Assembly (NCBI GenBank): GCA_964619625.1
Contig: CAZUFD010000002.1
Span: 14,582-78,581 of the forward strand
Source: an uncultured Gammaproteobacteria bacterium
GTDB lineage: Bacteria > Patescibacteriota > Patescibacteriia > Magasanikbacterales > GWA2-37-8
Direction of reading: 5' to 3'
DNA length: 64,000 nucleotides
How positions within the stretch are numbered: the stretch's first letter is position 1; every line of letters starts with the position of its first letter. A program made the position numbers and the translations under genes. Below, one piece after another: positions 1-9,047 of the stretch. Below the pieces are notes generated by a model. The model was not told the origin of the DNA. It saw only the letters and a list, made by a program, of their open reading frames with translations, and ran no database searches.

Positions 1-42
1 TAAAGTTAAACACACTTAACTTTATACTCACTCATTTCGAAT

Positions 43-873
43 ATGAAAACTACAGCCTTAACTTTTGCATTCGCTCTTGAATTCTTATTAATTCCCGCGT
101 TGCCTACCCAGGCTGCCGAAAGCATCAATTTATCCGTACCTTATATCCCCGAAGCGCCGGAAGGACTTATGGTAAAACCATGGAATAACTCATGCGAAGA
201 AGCGTCTACCGCCATGCTTGATGAGTATTATTTTGGCAACCGAAACCAGGGCGTTACTAAAACTAAAGCCAAACAATCCATTTTATACTATATAGATGTT
301 GAAAATAAATTGTTTGGCTACAATGGCAATACCAACGCGGCGGAAATGACAAAAGTGATAAATGAATATTCAAAATATTTTGAAGCTAAAATAAAAACTA
401 ACCCGACTTTGGATGATATAAAAAACGAACTAAAGGCCAGCAAACCGGTAATTGCCCTGCTTTATGGCTATAACCTGCAAAATCCTCGCATCCAATTTGC
501 TCGCAACGGATCATATTACCACACCTTCGTTATAAAAGGCTTTGATGATGAAAAAAAAGAATTTATCGTAAATGATAATGGCGACCTTAAACAAGGCCTT
601 GACTTGCGCTACTCGTATGATACAATCATGGGCGCTTTACGGGATTACGATCATAAAACCAGTAAAACCGTAAAACCTGCAACCGTACTTTTTACCAGCC
701 AGCGAATGCTGGTAAAAACTAAAGATAGCGGTCGGATTTATCTGATTAAAGATAATAAAAAACATCACGTGTCTTCTCCTCAAGTATTTAAAGATCGCAA
801 ATGGAAGTGGGGTTTTGTGATGGTGGTGGAGAAATCTTGGCTAGATAAATTCCAAGTCGGCACGGCAATATGA
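43..873 (+). CDS. Secreted protein with a papain-fold C39-like peptidase domain
   Basis: N-terminal signal peptide (MKTTALTFAFALEFLLIPALPTQA). A Cys motif PWNNSCEEAS and a later His in YYHTFVIKGFDD fit the Peptidase_C39-like family pattern. The family assignment comes from motif memory only. Confidence 0.5.
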   Translation: MKTTALTFAFALEFLLIPALPTQAAESINLSVPYIPEAPEGLMVKPWNNSCEEASTAMLDEYYFGNRNQGVTKTKAKQSILYYIDVENKLFGYNGNTNAAEMTKVINEYSKYFEAKIKTNPTLDDIKNELKASKPVIALLYGYNLQNPRIQFARNGSYYHTFVIKGFDDEKKEFIVNDNGDLKQGLDLRYSYDTIMGALRDYDHKTSKTVKPATVLFTSQRMLVKTKDSGRIYLIKDNKKHHVSSPQVFKDRKWKWGFVMVVEKSWLDKFQVGTAI

Positions 874-879
874 CATGAC

Positions 880-950
880 TCCGAGGTGGTCTAATGGTAG
901 GACAGCAGACTCTGAATCTGCTTATCTTGGTTCGAATCCAAGCCTCGGAA
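880..950 (+). tRNA. tRNA-Gln (anticodon CUG)
   Basis: Cloverleaf folded by hand: acceptor TCCGAGG/CCTCGGA, D-arm GTCTAATGGTAGGAC, anticodon stem GCAGA/TCTGC with loop CTCTGAA (anticodon CTG), T-arm TTGGTTCGAATCCAAG, discriminator A. The U1:A72 pair is typical of tRNA-Gln. Confidence 0.8.
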
Positions 951-1029
951 CAACTTATACACTATTGATTTTTTGCCTAAAAAGGAGTGTAATATACTTG
1001 CTTATCTTTTGGTAAGCAGGAGGAAATTC

Positions 1030-1359
1030 ATGGACACCCGAACTCGAACCATAGGCGCTGTCCAAGCCCTCATGGGTAGAGTGCTCCACCCGTGCGACGG
1101 CTGTCCCAACACAGAGCGTTCTCCGGAGTTCCAAGAGGAATACCGCAAGCGCATTGGCACGCTCTTCATGGTCTTTTACCAAGAAACCGGCATCGACTTG
1201 GCCGGAGAAGTAATCGCGCGCTTGGATATGCCGCTCGGAAAACGAAGCAATGGGCTCTATTGGCATCTGAAGTTTTGGCTAGCAAGCCAAATGCCTGCAG
1301 GCTCAAAAGAGAGGGCCTACTTCACTGAGGTAGACCACCAAAAAAAGCCTGAGGAATAA
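1030..1359 (+). CDS. Hypothetical protein in a GC-rich islet
   Basis: Strong RBS AGGAGG 7 nt upstream of the ATG. GC content is clearly above that of the flanking DNA. The ORF lies directly 3' of tRNA-Gln. No recognisable domain. The antisense ORF 955..1266 was judged less likely because it has no RBS. Confidence 0.4.
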   Translation: MDTRTRTIGAVQALMGRVLHPCDGCPNTERSPEFQEEYRKRIGTLFMVFYQETGIDLAGEVIARLDMPLGKRSNGLYWHLKFWLASQMPAGSKERAYFTEVDHQKKPEE

Positions 1360-1543
1360 CTCGTTCATTCAAACAACCTTCCGAAAGGAAAAATAAAAAC
1401 ATTTGCACTCTTGCTTCACGTAGGAGTGCAACAAAAAATCACTCGCACCCCTACTCAAGATCCTCTATATCTAGAAGACTTAAGCGGAGGAGACAAAAGA
1501 CGAGTGATTTTTTCGTAAACACTGAAAATAATTTTGAATAACA

Positions 1544-1580
1544 AAATAAAATAACTAAGGCCCCGCCGAGGCGGAGCCCA
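1544..1580 (-). terminator. Probable intrinsic terminator (minus strand)
   Basis: Imperfect hairpin GGCCCCGCC-GAG-GCGGAGCCC, followed on the minus strand by a U-rich tract. It lies just downstream of the stop of gene 1597..1902. Confidence 0.4.
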
Positions 1581-1596
1581 TTATCCATAGGGAGCG

Positions 1597-1902
1597 TTAA
1601 CCGACAACCTGCACATTTTCCAGGTTGCCACACATCCCTTTAACGAAATCTTCCACCGCATATCCGGGAACTAACTGCACAACTATGGTACGGATATCGT
1701 CAGCCAGAATTTCTGACTTCTCGAAGAATATCCTTTCATAGACCTCAAGCGTAACCGCCGGCAATATGATCTTCCTGACATTGTGCACTCCCAGTAAACA
1801 CGCCACCGCCCGTTTCCCCCGTAATGGAAGCGTAACCAGGACTTTGCATGGTTTTGGCGGCTGCGGCTCTGACTCTGTTTGGACAGTCTCTGGCTCTTGC
1901 AT
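1597..1902 (-). CDS. Hypothetical protein (GC-rich)
   Basis: 101-aa ORF with elevated GC content and a terminator hairpin downstream. No confident homology could be assigned by eye. Confidence 0.35.
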   Translation of the reverse strand: MQEPETVQTESEPQPPKPCKVLVTLPLRGKRAVACLLGVHNVRKIILPAVTLEVYERIFFEKSEILADDIRTIVVQLVPGYAVEDFVKGMCGNLENVQVVG

Positions 1903-2002
1903 GGCTTTTCTCCACCTCAGGATTTCGTTTTAACCACAAGAGCATACCACAAAAAAAGAACCCTGGCAAGAGTTTCTTTTAATATAAAAGTTTATCTAGA
2001 TT

Positions 2003-2761
2003 TTAACTCTTAAATTTTTTTAACTCTAGAAACAAGAACAGCGGAAATTCTTTTCTAGCCTTATCTTCGGCCAAAAACCGAGGGCCCTGCGTGGGCTGGC
2101 GATGCGAAATCCATTCTTCACACCTGCTTATGCCAAAGCCGTGTTTGGCAAACATCTTAACATACCATTGCAGCGAACGATGAAAAGAAACTGTTTTTTC
2201 CGATTTCTTTTGTCCCGGATGCATATCTATTTCTACTTGGGATTCAGATAAATATGCGTCCATGCGGCGGTACTGCACCCATTCTTTGTCATCCCATCCC
2301 CAACTGGATATTTTTGGCGCGCGAAAGGCCGGATGGTTTAAAACTAAGTATACGCTCCCCTTTTCTTTTAAAACTCTTGCGCATTCTTTTAAAACACCCT
2401 CTGCGTTTTGAATGTTTTGCAATGCCAAAGTTATTATAATCGTATCTATAGAGCCATTTTTACAAAAATCAATATTGTCTGCGGGTGAAACATGGTATTC
2501 TGTTTTTGTGTCGCGTTTTTTGGCAATTTGAATAAGTTCCGGTGAAATGTCGGAAGCAACTACTTTTGCGCCCTTAGTGCCAAAAATACGGGTAAAAAAA
2601 CCCTGGCCACAAGCCAGATCCAAAATAGTTTGGTTTTTATCTAAATTTATAGATCGCAACAGATTTGGCAAAATAACCTTAGTCTGAAAAGAATCATCGT
2701 CTTTTTCCAGCATGCTATCGTACCAATTGGCTACTTTGCCCCAGGAGGTATTTTTCTTCAC
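2003..2761 (-). CDS. Class I SAM-dependent methyltransferase
   Basis: Motif I ILDLACGQGFF and the general layout of Rossmann-fold methyltransferases. Confidence 0.75.
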   Translation of the reverse strand: MKKNTSWGKVANWYDSMLEKDDDSFQTKVILPNLLRSINLDKNQTILDLACGQGFFTRIFGTKGAKVVASDISPELIQIAKKRDTKTEYHVSPADNIDFCKNGSIDTIIITLALQNIQNAEGVLKECARVLKEKGSVYLVLNHPAFRAPKISSWGWDDKEWVQYRRMDAYLSESQVEIDMHPGQKKSEKTVSFHRSLQWYVKMFAKHGFGISRCEEWISHRQPTQGPRFLAEDKARKEFPLFLFLELKKFKS

Positions 2762-2861
2762 AAAAATTTGTTTATATCACCCGTATATCTTATTAAAAAT
2801 AAGCTATCCAGTCAATTAGGCAGGGTTTGCCAAAAACGCTGAAAAGTGCTATTATTTGCCC

Positions 2862-3713
2862 ATGACAACCGTAATTGATGGTAAAAAAATTGCTCTAAAG
2901 ATAGAAAAACAAACTGCCAAACAAGTGGCTGCCTTAAAAAATAAAGGCATCACGCCCAAACTGGCGGTTATTTTAGTTGGAAATGATAAACCGTCTCGCA
3001 CTTACATAAAAAAGAAAAAAGAAGCTGCGCAGCGCGCGGGCATTAATTTTGCCTTGCACGAATTTTCAAAAAATATTTCCAAAGAAGAATTAGTTAGTGC
3101 CATACACAAAATACAAAAAGACCCAGAGCTGACCGGCCTCATTATCCAACTGCCACTGCCGGAACGATTATACAAACCAGAGGTGCTTAACGCGATTTCG
3201 CCCGCTATTGATGTGGACTGCTTAACCGACGCCAATATCGGCAAACTGGTCATGAAAAGCAATCATATAGAACCGCCGACTCCGTGGGCAGTTATAAAAA
3301 CCTTAAAAGAAATAAAATTTAATCTGGTGGGTAAAAATGCCACGATTGTGGGCGCGGGCGCACTGGTCGGCAAACCTTTGGCCATAATGCTGGTAAACGA
3401 ACTAGCCAGCGTTACCACCTGTAATAGTTATACTAAAGATATAAAAAAGAAATGTTTGGAAGCGGATGTAATTGTCTCGGCCGTAGGCAAACAAAATTTA
3501 ATCAAAGCCGATATGGTAAAAAAAGGCGCGGTTGTGATTGATACCGGTATTGTATATATAAACGGCAAAATGTACGGCGATGTGGATTTCCAGCCGGTTT
3601 CCAAAAAAACAAGCTTCATTACCCCCACTCCGGGCGGCATTGGCCCAATTACGGTGGCCAAACTTCTTCTAAATACCGTAACTTGCGCGAAAAAAATAAA
3701 TAAGGTAAAGTAA
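2862..3713 (+). CDS. folD: Bifunctional methylenetetrahydrofolate dehydrogenase/cyclohydrolase
   Basis: Conserved FolD blocks: SRTYIKKK, GLIIQLPLP, VGAGALVGKPLAIML and TPTPGGIGPITVA. An alternative TTG start lies at 2856. Confidence 0.9.
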   Translation: MTTVIDGKKIALKIEKQTAKQVAALKNKGITPKLAVILVGNDKPSRTYIKKKKEAAQRAGINFALHEFSKNISKEELVSAIHKIQKDPELTGLIIQLPLPERLYKPEVLNAISPAIDVDCLTDANIGKLVMKSNHIEPPTPWAVIKTLKEIKFNLVGKNATIVGAGALVGKPLAIMLVNELASVTTCNSYTKDIKKKCLEADVIVSAVGKQNLIKADMVKKGAVVIDTGIVYINGKMYGDVDFQPVSKKTSFITPTPGGIGPITVAKLLLNTVTCAKKINKVK

Positions 3714-3736
3714 AAAATAACAGAGGGGGTGTACAA

Positions 3737-3934
3737 ATGGCGCTCAGAGTAAAAGACCTGTACTGCGCTGGAATTATCAGCCCAAAGAAAGGCGGGGGTT
3801 CCTGTCCGGGAATACTCCAACACCTGGCGACAAAGCAGATCGGCATTGTCGTCTTTTGCCCAACATGCAGAAAAAGAAAGACTGTGGAGGGGTTTGCAAG
3901 CTACCAACAGCTTGTAGAAAAACGGGGCAAATAA
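3737..3934 (+). CDS. Small Cys-rich hypothetical protein (possible zinc ribbon)
   Basis: 65 aa with four Cys (C10, C23, C41, C44) and a purine-rich RBS-like stretch upstream. It could be spurious if the region is actually a structured RNA. Confidence 0.3.
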   Translation: MALRVKDLYCAGIISPKKGGGSCPGILQHLATKQIGIVVFCPTCRKRKTVEGFASYQQLVEKRGK

Positions 3935-4180
3935 TGCCGTTAGAGTTCGACGGGCACTCTTCAACACCGTCAACTCGAATCTATAAATTTATTAATTAAC
4001 AATAATCCACACCTTTATTTGACACTCAAAAATTTAGGTGCTAGTCTAACTTTACAATTTAACTAACATATATCTGTGGAAGTGAGGTTCAATTCCTCCA
4101 CTGTGCCGCAACGGTAAACTCATGCAATTAGCTTGGGAAGTCCGGTCTTCAGATATAGGCCCCATAATATGGGGTTAGTC

Positions 4181-4243
4181 CCGAGCAGGAAATAAAATAT
4201 TTTATATTTTTTGAATCTTTCCCGCTCGGCAAAGATTTTTTTT
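4181..4243 (+). terminator. Long hairpin with a U-tract (terminator-like)
   Basis: 12-bp stem CCGAGCAGGAAA / TTTCCCGCTCGG with one mismatch, an AT-rich loop of about 25 nt, then CAAAGATTTTTTTTG. Confidence 0.4.
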
Positions 4244-4269
4244 GTTAGCGCGCATAATTAAAACTACAT

Positions 4270-4857
4270 ATGCCCAATTCAAACAAACTCCTTCACCGAC
4301 TATTAATTTTTCTAATTTTTATCTCGGTTTTTGCCGCAACTTACTTATTCCTTAACCCAGATAATAATAACGCCTCTCCACCTTTATACCCTGCTCCCAC
4401 AAACACTGCCGCCACCCTTCAAACTGAACCAGGTTTAAAACCGGCGATGCTAAAAAATAAAACTAGCGATGGTAACGAAAAAACTGTAATTAGCCCCACA
4501 GGAACAAATACCACCTCCAACACCGCTCCTTCTTCCCCACCGCCTCCGACCAACTCAACCGAAACTATACCCGTTACATTCAAAATTGAAGACAAGGAGT
4601 ACAGTCCAACCGTAAAGCCGGGCGCTACCGCTTATGAAGCAATGGTTGCATTACGAGAAAGCAAAGATATCTCGTTTTCTACCAAAGTATTTTCCGGCCT
4701 GGGGCATTTCGTAGAAGAAATCAATGGCCAGAAAAATAGTCCGTCTAGCGGTTTCTACTGGACATTTTATATAAATAACGAGGAAGCAAAGGTTGGTGTC
4801 TCAAATTATACCCTTAAACCAAACGATTTAATTACATGGAAGTACGAAAATAAATAA
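4270..4857 (+). CDS. Membrane-anchored DUF4430-domain protein (transcobalamin-beta-like fold family)
   Basis: N-terminal TM helix, a Pro/Thr-rich linker, then a C-terminal region (GHFVEEINGQK...GFYWTFYINNEEAKVGVSNYTLKPNDLITWKY) matching the DUF4430 pattern. Confidence 0.65.
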   Translation: MPNSNKLLHRLLIFLIFISVFAATYLFLNPDNNNASPPLYPAPTNTAATLQTEPGLKPAMLKNKTSDGNEKTVISPTGTNTTSNTAPSSPPPPTNSTETIPVTFKIEDKEYSPTVKPGATAYEAMVALRESKDISFSTKVFSGLGHFVEEINGQKNSPSSGFYWTFYINNEEAKVGVSNYTLKPNDLITWKYENK

Positions 4858-4862
4858 TTTTT

Positions 4863-7103
4863 ATGAAGATACAGAACAAATTAGGGGGATTAACGTATTT
4901 TATATTATTAACAGCGTTGCTATGGGCTTTACCGGCCCTGGCCAACACAACCAGCTCTACTCCTGATATAAATACTTCTACTCCGGAAATGGAACTGTCT
5001 ACCAGCACACCAGCCGTGTCTTTACCCACTTCTACTCTAACGCTTCGTTACGAAGATCAAATTATCTGGACAGGCAGCCTGGAACTGACAAGCACCCTAT
5101 ATCATGACGCAATAAATAATTTGGATTATCAACTTACTACTAATACAGTATTTTCTGCTCTCGTTTTAGCAGACCAGCAAAGCGATGTTTTTACTATTTC
5201 AGATGCCCAATATAATTCCGGTTTTGACAGTTTTTACCTTGCTTGCATAAACATTTCGCCAACTTCTACCCAAAATCCCTGCTACAACTGGAATTATGTG
5301 GTAAATAATAATTACCCAAGTATTGGCATGGATAAATATTCGTTAACTGGCGGTGAAAGTATATACGTCTACTTCTCTACTCCTTGGAAAATTTCCGCCT
5401 CCACTACCACATTTCCGCTAGACACAACCACAACTCTGCAAACCTGGCGCTATCAATTTGATAATCTATCGCAACCGTGGGTATCTGATGAAAACAATTT
5501 GGTGGATATTTCTGTTCCCAACCCTTCTTCAACCGGTTGGTGGGATCAAACGATTACGGTTACCACAACCCAAACCAGCGCCAGCGGCACCGTAGATTTT
5601 AAATTTTCCGCAACCGGTACATATTATGCCAAAATTATTTCTTTAGATTGGACCAAATGGAGCAATCCCATAACCCTTACTGTACTTGAAAATTCTTCTA
5701 GCACAGATTCAGGAACACCTCCGCAAAATGGGGGCGGTTCCGGGCCGGCTGCGGCGGTAAGCACAAGCGAAATAAACAACGCGGTGCAAAAAATATTAAA
5801 CTTTTTGAAATCAAAGCAATTAGATAGCGGCGCGATTGTTGATTTGTCTACTTCAGATTGGTCGGCTATGTCCTTTGGCGCACATGGTACTTATGCCCAG
5901 GATGTACGAACTTCTACATTCTCTCTGTATGATTACTTAAATGTAACTATAGTCACCTCTACAACTCAAACACTCAACAGCTGCACTGAATATGCCAGAC
6001 ATATACTAGGCTTACTTAGTGCCGGATTTACCAAAACAAACAGCCAAATAGTTGACCTAAAAAATAAAATTACAACGGAATGTTTAGCTGGCGGACAAGT
6101 GGGTCAAGCGGGAATAAATGATGATATCTTTATTTTAATGGCTCTGCTGGCTACCAACGAGGGCGCTTCAAATGAACTTGTACAGGCAGCCGTAGCAACG
6201 ATTAAGGCCGACCAGCAAGCAAACGGCGCATTTACCTGGAATGGATGGCCGGGACAAGATGTTACCGGTGCCGCTATTAACGCTCTTAAATATGCTTCTA
6301 CCTTTGGCGTGGCCGTAGACGAAACAATTTTCCAGCAAGCAAAAAATTATCTGCATACCACTCAATTAAACGATGGCGGCTGGGGCTTTGATACTACTTC
6401 CGATCCGCTTACTACAAGTTGGGCCATGTACGGCTTAAACGCGCTTGGCGAAGGTCAAACAGGATGGACAAATACTCAAAATAAAAACCCATGGTCACTC
6501 CTCGTAAATAATGTGAATGATTCGGGCTATTATGAGTCTCCTTGGAGCGCGGATGGTATAGATTGGTTTGCCACCAAACACGCTGTGCCAGCGTTGTTGG
6601 GCAAATCATGGCCAATTATTATCAGCATTCCGGTTGCTCCCGCGGCTCCGGCTTCTTCAGGTTCGGGTTCAAATCCTGTTGTAGCAAGCACCTCGACTCA
6701 AACTGAAACTACCAGTATAATAAGTACTACAACCATAGCAACCTCTACCCCTGCCACAACTACCTCTGAGCTGGTTAATACAGATTCAGAGCCTCAAGGT
6801 GAAATCTTGGGTATAAAAATTGAAAACACAGCTAAACCGGTAAAAACTGCTCGCACTATTTCCGCCAAACCAAAAAGCTTGGCACAAGCTGAAAATAAAA
6901 ATATAAACGCTGAGACGAGCACAACTATATCTACAAATAAAGACTTGGATACAGAAAAAAATTTAGAACTAAATCAAAAAAATACCGGCTCTGATTCATC
7001 TGCTTTAAGGTGGATGATACAAAAACTTCTAGTAATTTGTCTTCTTGCCGCCGGGGCTATTAGCCTATACCTTGGATTTAACCATTTAATGAAGAAAAAA
7101 TAA
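4863..7103 (+). CDS. Large surface protein: DUF4430-like domain plus prenyltransferase/terpene-cyclase-like alpha/alpha-toroid repeats, with a C-terminal TM anchor
   Basis: Signal peptide and Ser/Thr-rich linkers. A DUF4430-like block (CYNWNYVVNNNYPSIGMDKYSLTGGESIYVYF). Repeated DGGWG / SDWSAMS / DGIDWF motifs typical of squalene-cyclase/prenyltransferase repeats. A C-terminal hydrophobic helix followed by KKK. Confidence 0.7.
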   Translation: MKIQNKLGGLTYFILLTALLWALPALANTTSSTPDINTSTPEMELSTSTPAVSLPTSTLTLRYEDQIIWTGSLELTSTLYHDAINNLDYQLTTNTVFSALVLADQQSDVFTISDAQYNSGFDSFYLACINISPTSTQNPCYNWNYVVNNNYPSIGMDKYSLTGGESIYVYFSTPWKISASTTTFPLDTTTTLQTWRYQFDNLSQPWVSDENNLVDISVPNPSSTGWWDQTITVTTTQTSASGTVDFKFSATGTYYAKIISLDWTKWSNPITLTVLENSSSTDSGTPPQNGGGSGPAAAVSTSEINNAVQKILNFLKSKQLDSGAIVDLSTSDWSAMSFGAHGTYAQDVRTSTFSLYDYLNVTIVTSTTQTLNSCTEYARHILGLLSAGFTKTNSQIVDLKNKITTECLAGGQVGQAGINDDIFILMALLATNEGASNELVQAAVATIKADQQANGAFTWNGWPGQDVTGAAINALKYASTFGVAVDETIFQQAKNYLHTTQLNDGGWGFDTTSDPLTTSWAMYGLNALGEGQTGWTNTQNKNPWSLLVNNVNDSGYYESPWSADGIDWFATKHAVPALLGKSWPIIISIPVAPAAPASSGSGSNPVVASTSTQTETTSIISTTTIATSTPATTTSELVNTDSEPQGEILGIKIENTAKPVKTARTISAKPKSLAQAENKNINAETSTTISTNKDLDTEKNLELNQKNTGSDSSALRWMIQKLLVICLLAAGAISLYLGFNHLMKKK

Positions 7104-7107
7104 ACAT

Positions 7108-7629
7108 ATGCAACGCTACCTTCCCGCCTTTCTTCTTATCATCTTAGGCATCTCAACCCGACTCCTTCCTCACCCGGCAAACTTTGCGCCAATCGCGGCC
7201 ATTGCTTTGTTTTCGGGGGTATACTTGCCAAAAAAATTTGCCATTATTATACCTATGGCCGCCATGTTAGTAAGTGATATTATTTTAGGCTTTTATCTCT
7301 GGCCGGTTATGTTATCTGTATATGCTACTTTTGCGCTTACTGGTATTATCGGTTTAGTAGTTCAAAAACACAAAAAATTAAGCACCATACTTAGCGGCAC
7401 ATTGCTGGCGAGCATCCTATTCTTTATCATCACTAACTGGGCGGTATGGGCATTTGGAACCATGTATCCGCACAATCTAAACGGTTTAACACAAAGCTAT
7501 ATAGCGGCTTTGCCATTCTTTAAAAACACCGTGCTTGGAGATTTATTTTATACCGCCTTGCTTGTTGGCAGTATGGAAGCAATTCTGGCTCTACAGGCCA
7601 AGAAAAACAGCTCTTTGGCTCTGGAATAA
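7108..7629 (+). CDS. Small polytopic membrane protein (ECF-transporter S-component-like)
   Basis: 173 aa with 5-6 predicted TM helices. The ATG lies 5 nt after the stop of the upstream DUF4430/prenyltransferase gene, so the two are probably co-transcribed. Confidence 0.55.
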   Translation: MQRYLPAFLLIILGISTRLLPHPANFAPIAAIALFSGVYLPKKFAIIIPMAAMLVSDIILGFYLWPVMLSVYATFALTGIIGLVVQKHKKLSTILSGTLLASILFFIITNWAVWAFGTMYPHNLNGLTQSYIAALPFFKNTVLGDLFYTALLVGSMEAILALQAKKNSSLALE

Positions 7630-9036
7630 TTACGCGTAAGGCAATTCGGCCGGCGGTTCTTCTTTCGGCGGCTCTGGCAGAGGCGGCGGCATCTTTCTCT
7701 TCAATGGACTTTCAGCGAGTTCTTCAATAGGCAAATTGATAGGCGGTTCGGCTCTCTTGCCACCGGTCTTTTGCAGCAGCGGAGTCTTAACGAGCGGCAG
7801 CGGGAAGTGCCATAAGGTAGCCAGCTCTTCCGTATTTAAAACATAAGGGTTTTTTCCCATTTTCAATTTGCGTTTTTTATAGGCTTTAATGAATTTATTT
7901 TTAAGTTCGATAATTTTAGCATTTTTAAAAAAATAGTGAGCGTTAGTTGCCGCAACCGGCACCAAGGCATTTCGGCCAGTAAAATTAAACTGATTTATAG
8001 AACCAACAAATCCGTCTAGACAACGGCCGGGATTAAACACCTCTTTTTTAGCCGCGTAGATAACGCGCATTTTTGATTTAAATCCAACCTTTGATATTTT
8101 ATCTTCTATGGCCGCGATCGTATCTCGGCCTCTTGGGGTCAGATCAGAAACTTTGCCGGGTGTTTCGTGTTCTTCATGACCGCCATGATCCTCGGAAGGA
8201 CCTTTGATCGCGTTAAGCAGTTCGCTGGCAAAAACATTTATCGCTTTAACCACAAAGATCTGATCGTGGTGGGGCGCTTTATTTTCAATAATTTCTTTTA
8301 CGAGTTTTATGCCTTTTTCTTTCCAGCTGCTTGAAGTTGGTTCAATAATAATTTGAAACCATAAATTCTCGCCCGCGCCGATACGGGTAAAATTTTCCAA
8401 AATAGAAGCCATCGGATCGTTAAACTTAAGCTCGTCGGGCATAATGTTATGCTCAAATTCCTCATAGGTGCGAATTGGATACGGATCAGCCGCGACCAGA
8501 CCAAATTCTATGCCAAACATGTTGTGCGTTTCGTTTGGAAACTTGCTCGGAATCAAACTTACGTAATCTTCTACTTCGGTAATTTCTGCCATTGGATACT
8601 GCGCATAAACAGCTGCTTCCACCAGATCACGATGCGCGATTTCGGTATAGATCAAGAATTGAATATATCCTTCTAAACTGATTATTTCCAAACTAAACCA
8701 GCGTTGCTTTGCCCCGCCCCAATATTTTTGCCCGAAATTTGGCTCATCCAAAGCACCGCTTAAATGAGCAAATATCTGCTCTACCGCTTTTGGGCTTTGT
8801 ACCGTATCCGGCGGCACATCTACAGCCAGCACGACCCATTGCCAGTGATGGACATTTAAATCTTGGCGTAGATCAAGCCACAAATGCGCGCCAACGAAAA
8901 AAAACACCAAGGCCAAAAATGCCCAACCAAACATAACAAAAACTACCCGCGTTAATTCCGAGGAAGGCAAACTCAAGATCGTTCCCCAAAAAGAAAAATC
9001 AATTGTAAATCCAAATGGCAAACCTTCTAAACCCAT
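7630..9036 (-). CDS. Hypothetical membrane-associated protein with a Pro-rich C-terminus
   Basis: 468 aa with N-terminal hydrophobic segments and a C-terminal PPPLPEPPKEEPP stretch. No catalytic motif recognised. Confidence 0.55.
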   Translation of the reverse strand: MGLEGLPFGFTIDFSFWGTILSLPSSELTRVVFVMFGWAFLALVFFFVGAHLWLDLRQDLNVHHWQWVVLAVDVPPDTVQSPKAVEQIFAHLSGALDEPNFGQKYWGGAKQRWFSLEIISLEGYIQFLIYTEIAHRDLVEAAVYAQYPMAEITEVEDYVSLIPSKFPNETHNMFGIEFGLVAADPYPIRTYEEFEHNIMPDELKFNDPMASILENFTRIGAGENLWFQIIIEPTSSSWKEKGIKLVKEIIENKAPHHDQIFVVKAINVFASELLNAIKGPSEDHGGHEEHETPGKVSDLTPRGRDTIAAIEDKISKVGFKSKMRVIYAAKKEVFNPGRCLDGFVGSINQFNFTGRNALVPVAATNAHYFFKNAKIIELKNKFIKAYKKRKLKMGKNPYVLNTEELATLWHFPLPLVKTPLLQKTGGKRAEPPINLPIEELAESPLKRKMPPPLPEPPKEEPPAELPYA

Positions 9037-9047
9037 ACTTAGAAGTG

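Noticed and set aside
955-1266. 103-aa minus-strand ORF overlapping the plus ORF 973..1359.
   Set aside because: It has no RBS, and its C-terminus runs through AT-rich sequence up to the tRNA-Gln 3' end. The plus-strand ORF has a perfect AGGAGG-N7-ATG start, so the minus ORF is treated as a shadow frame of GC-rich DNA.
4060-4160. Possible tmRNA or RNase P RNA, suggested by a T-arm-like GAGGTTCAATTCCTC and a GGGAAGTCCGG resembling RNase P CR-I.
   Set aside because: No acceptor-stem pairing partner (no GGGG...CCCC-ACCA ends). The RNase-P-like fragments occur in the wrong relative order, and the other conserved regions (e.g. GGTAAGAGCGCACC, ACAGAAcCCGGCTTA) are absent on either strand.
7630-9036. 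Possible conjugation/type IV secretion component, suggested by membrane N-terminus, ~470 aa and a Pro-rich tail.
   Set aside because: No Walker motifs or other family-specific signatures, so it is kept as a hypothetical membrane protein.
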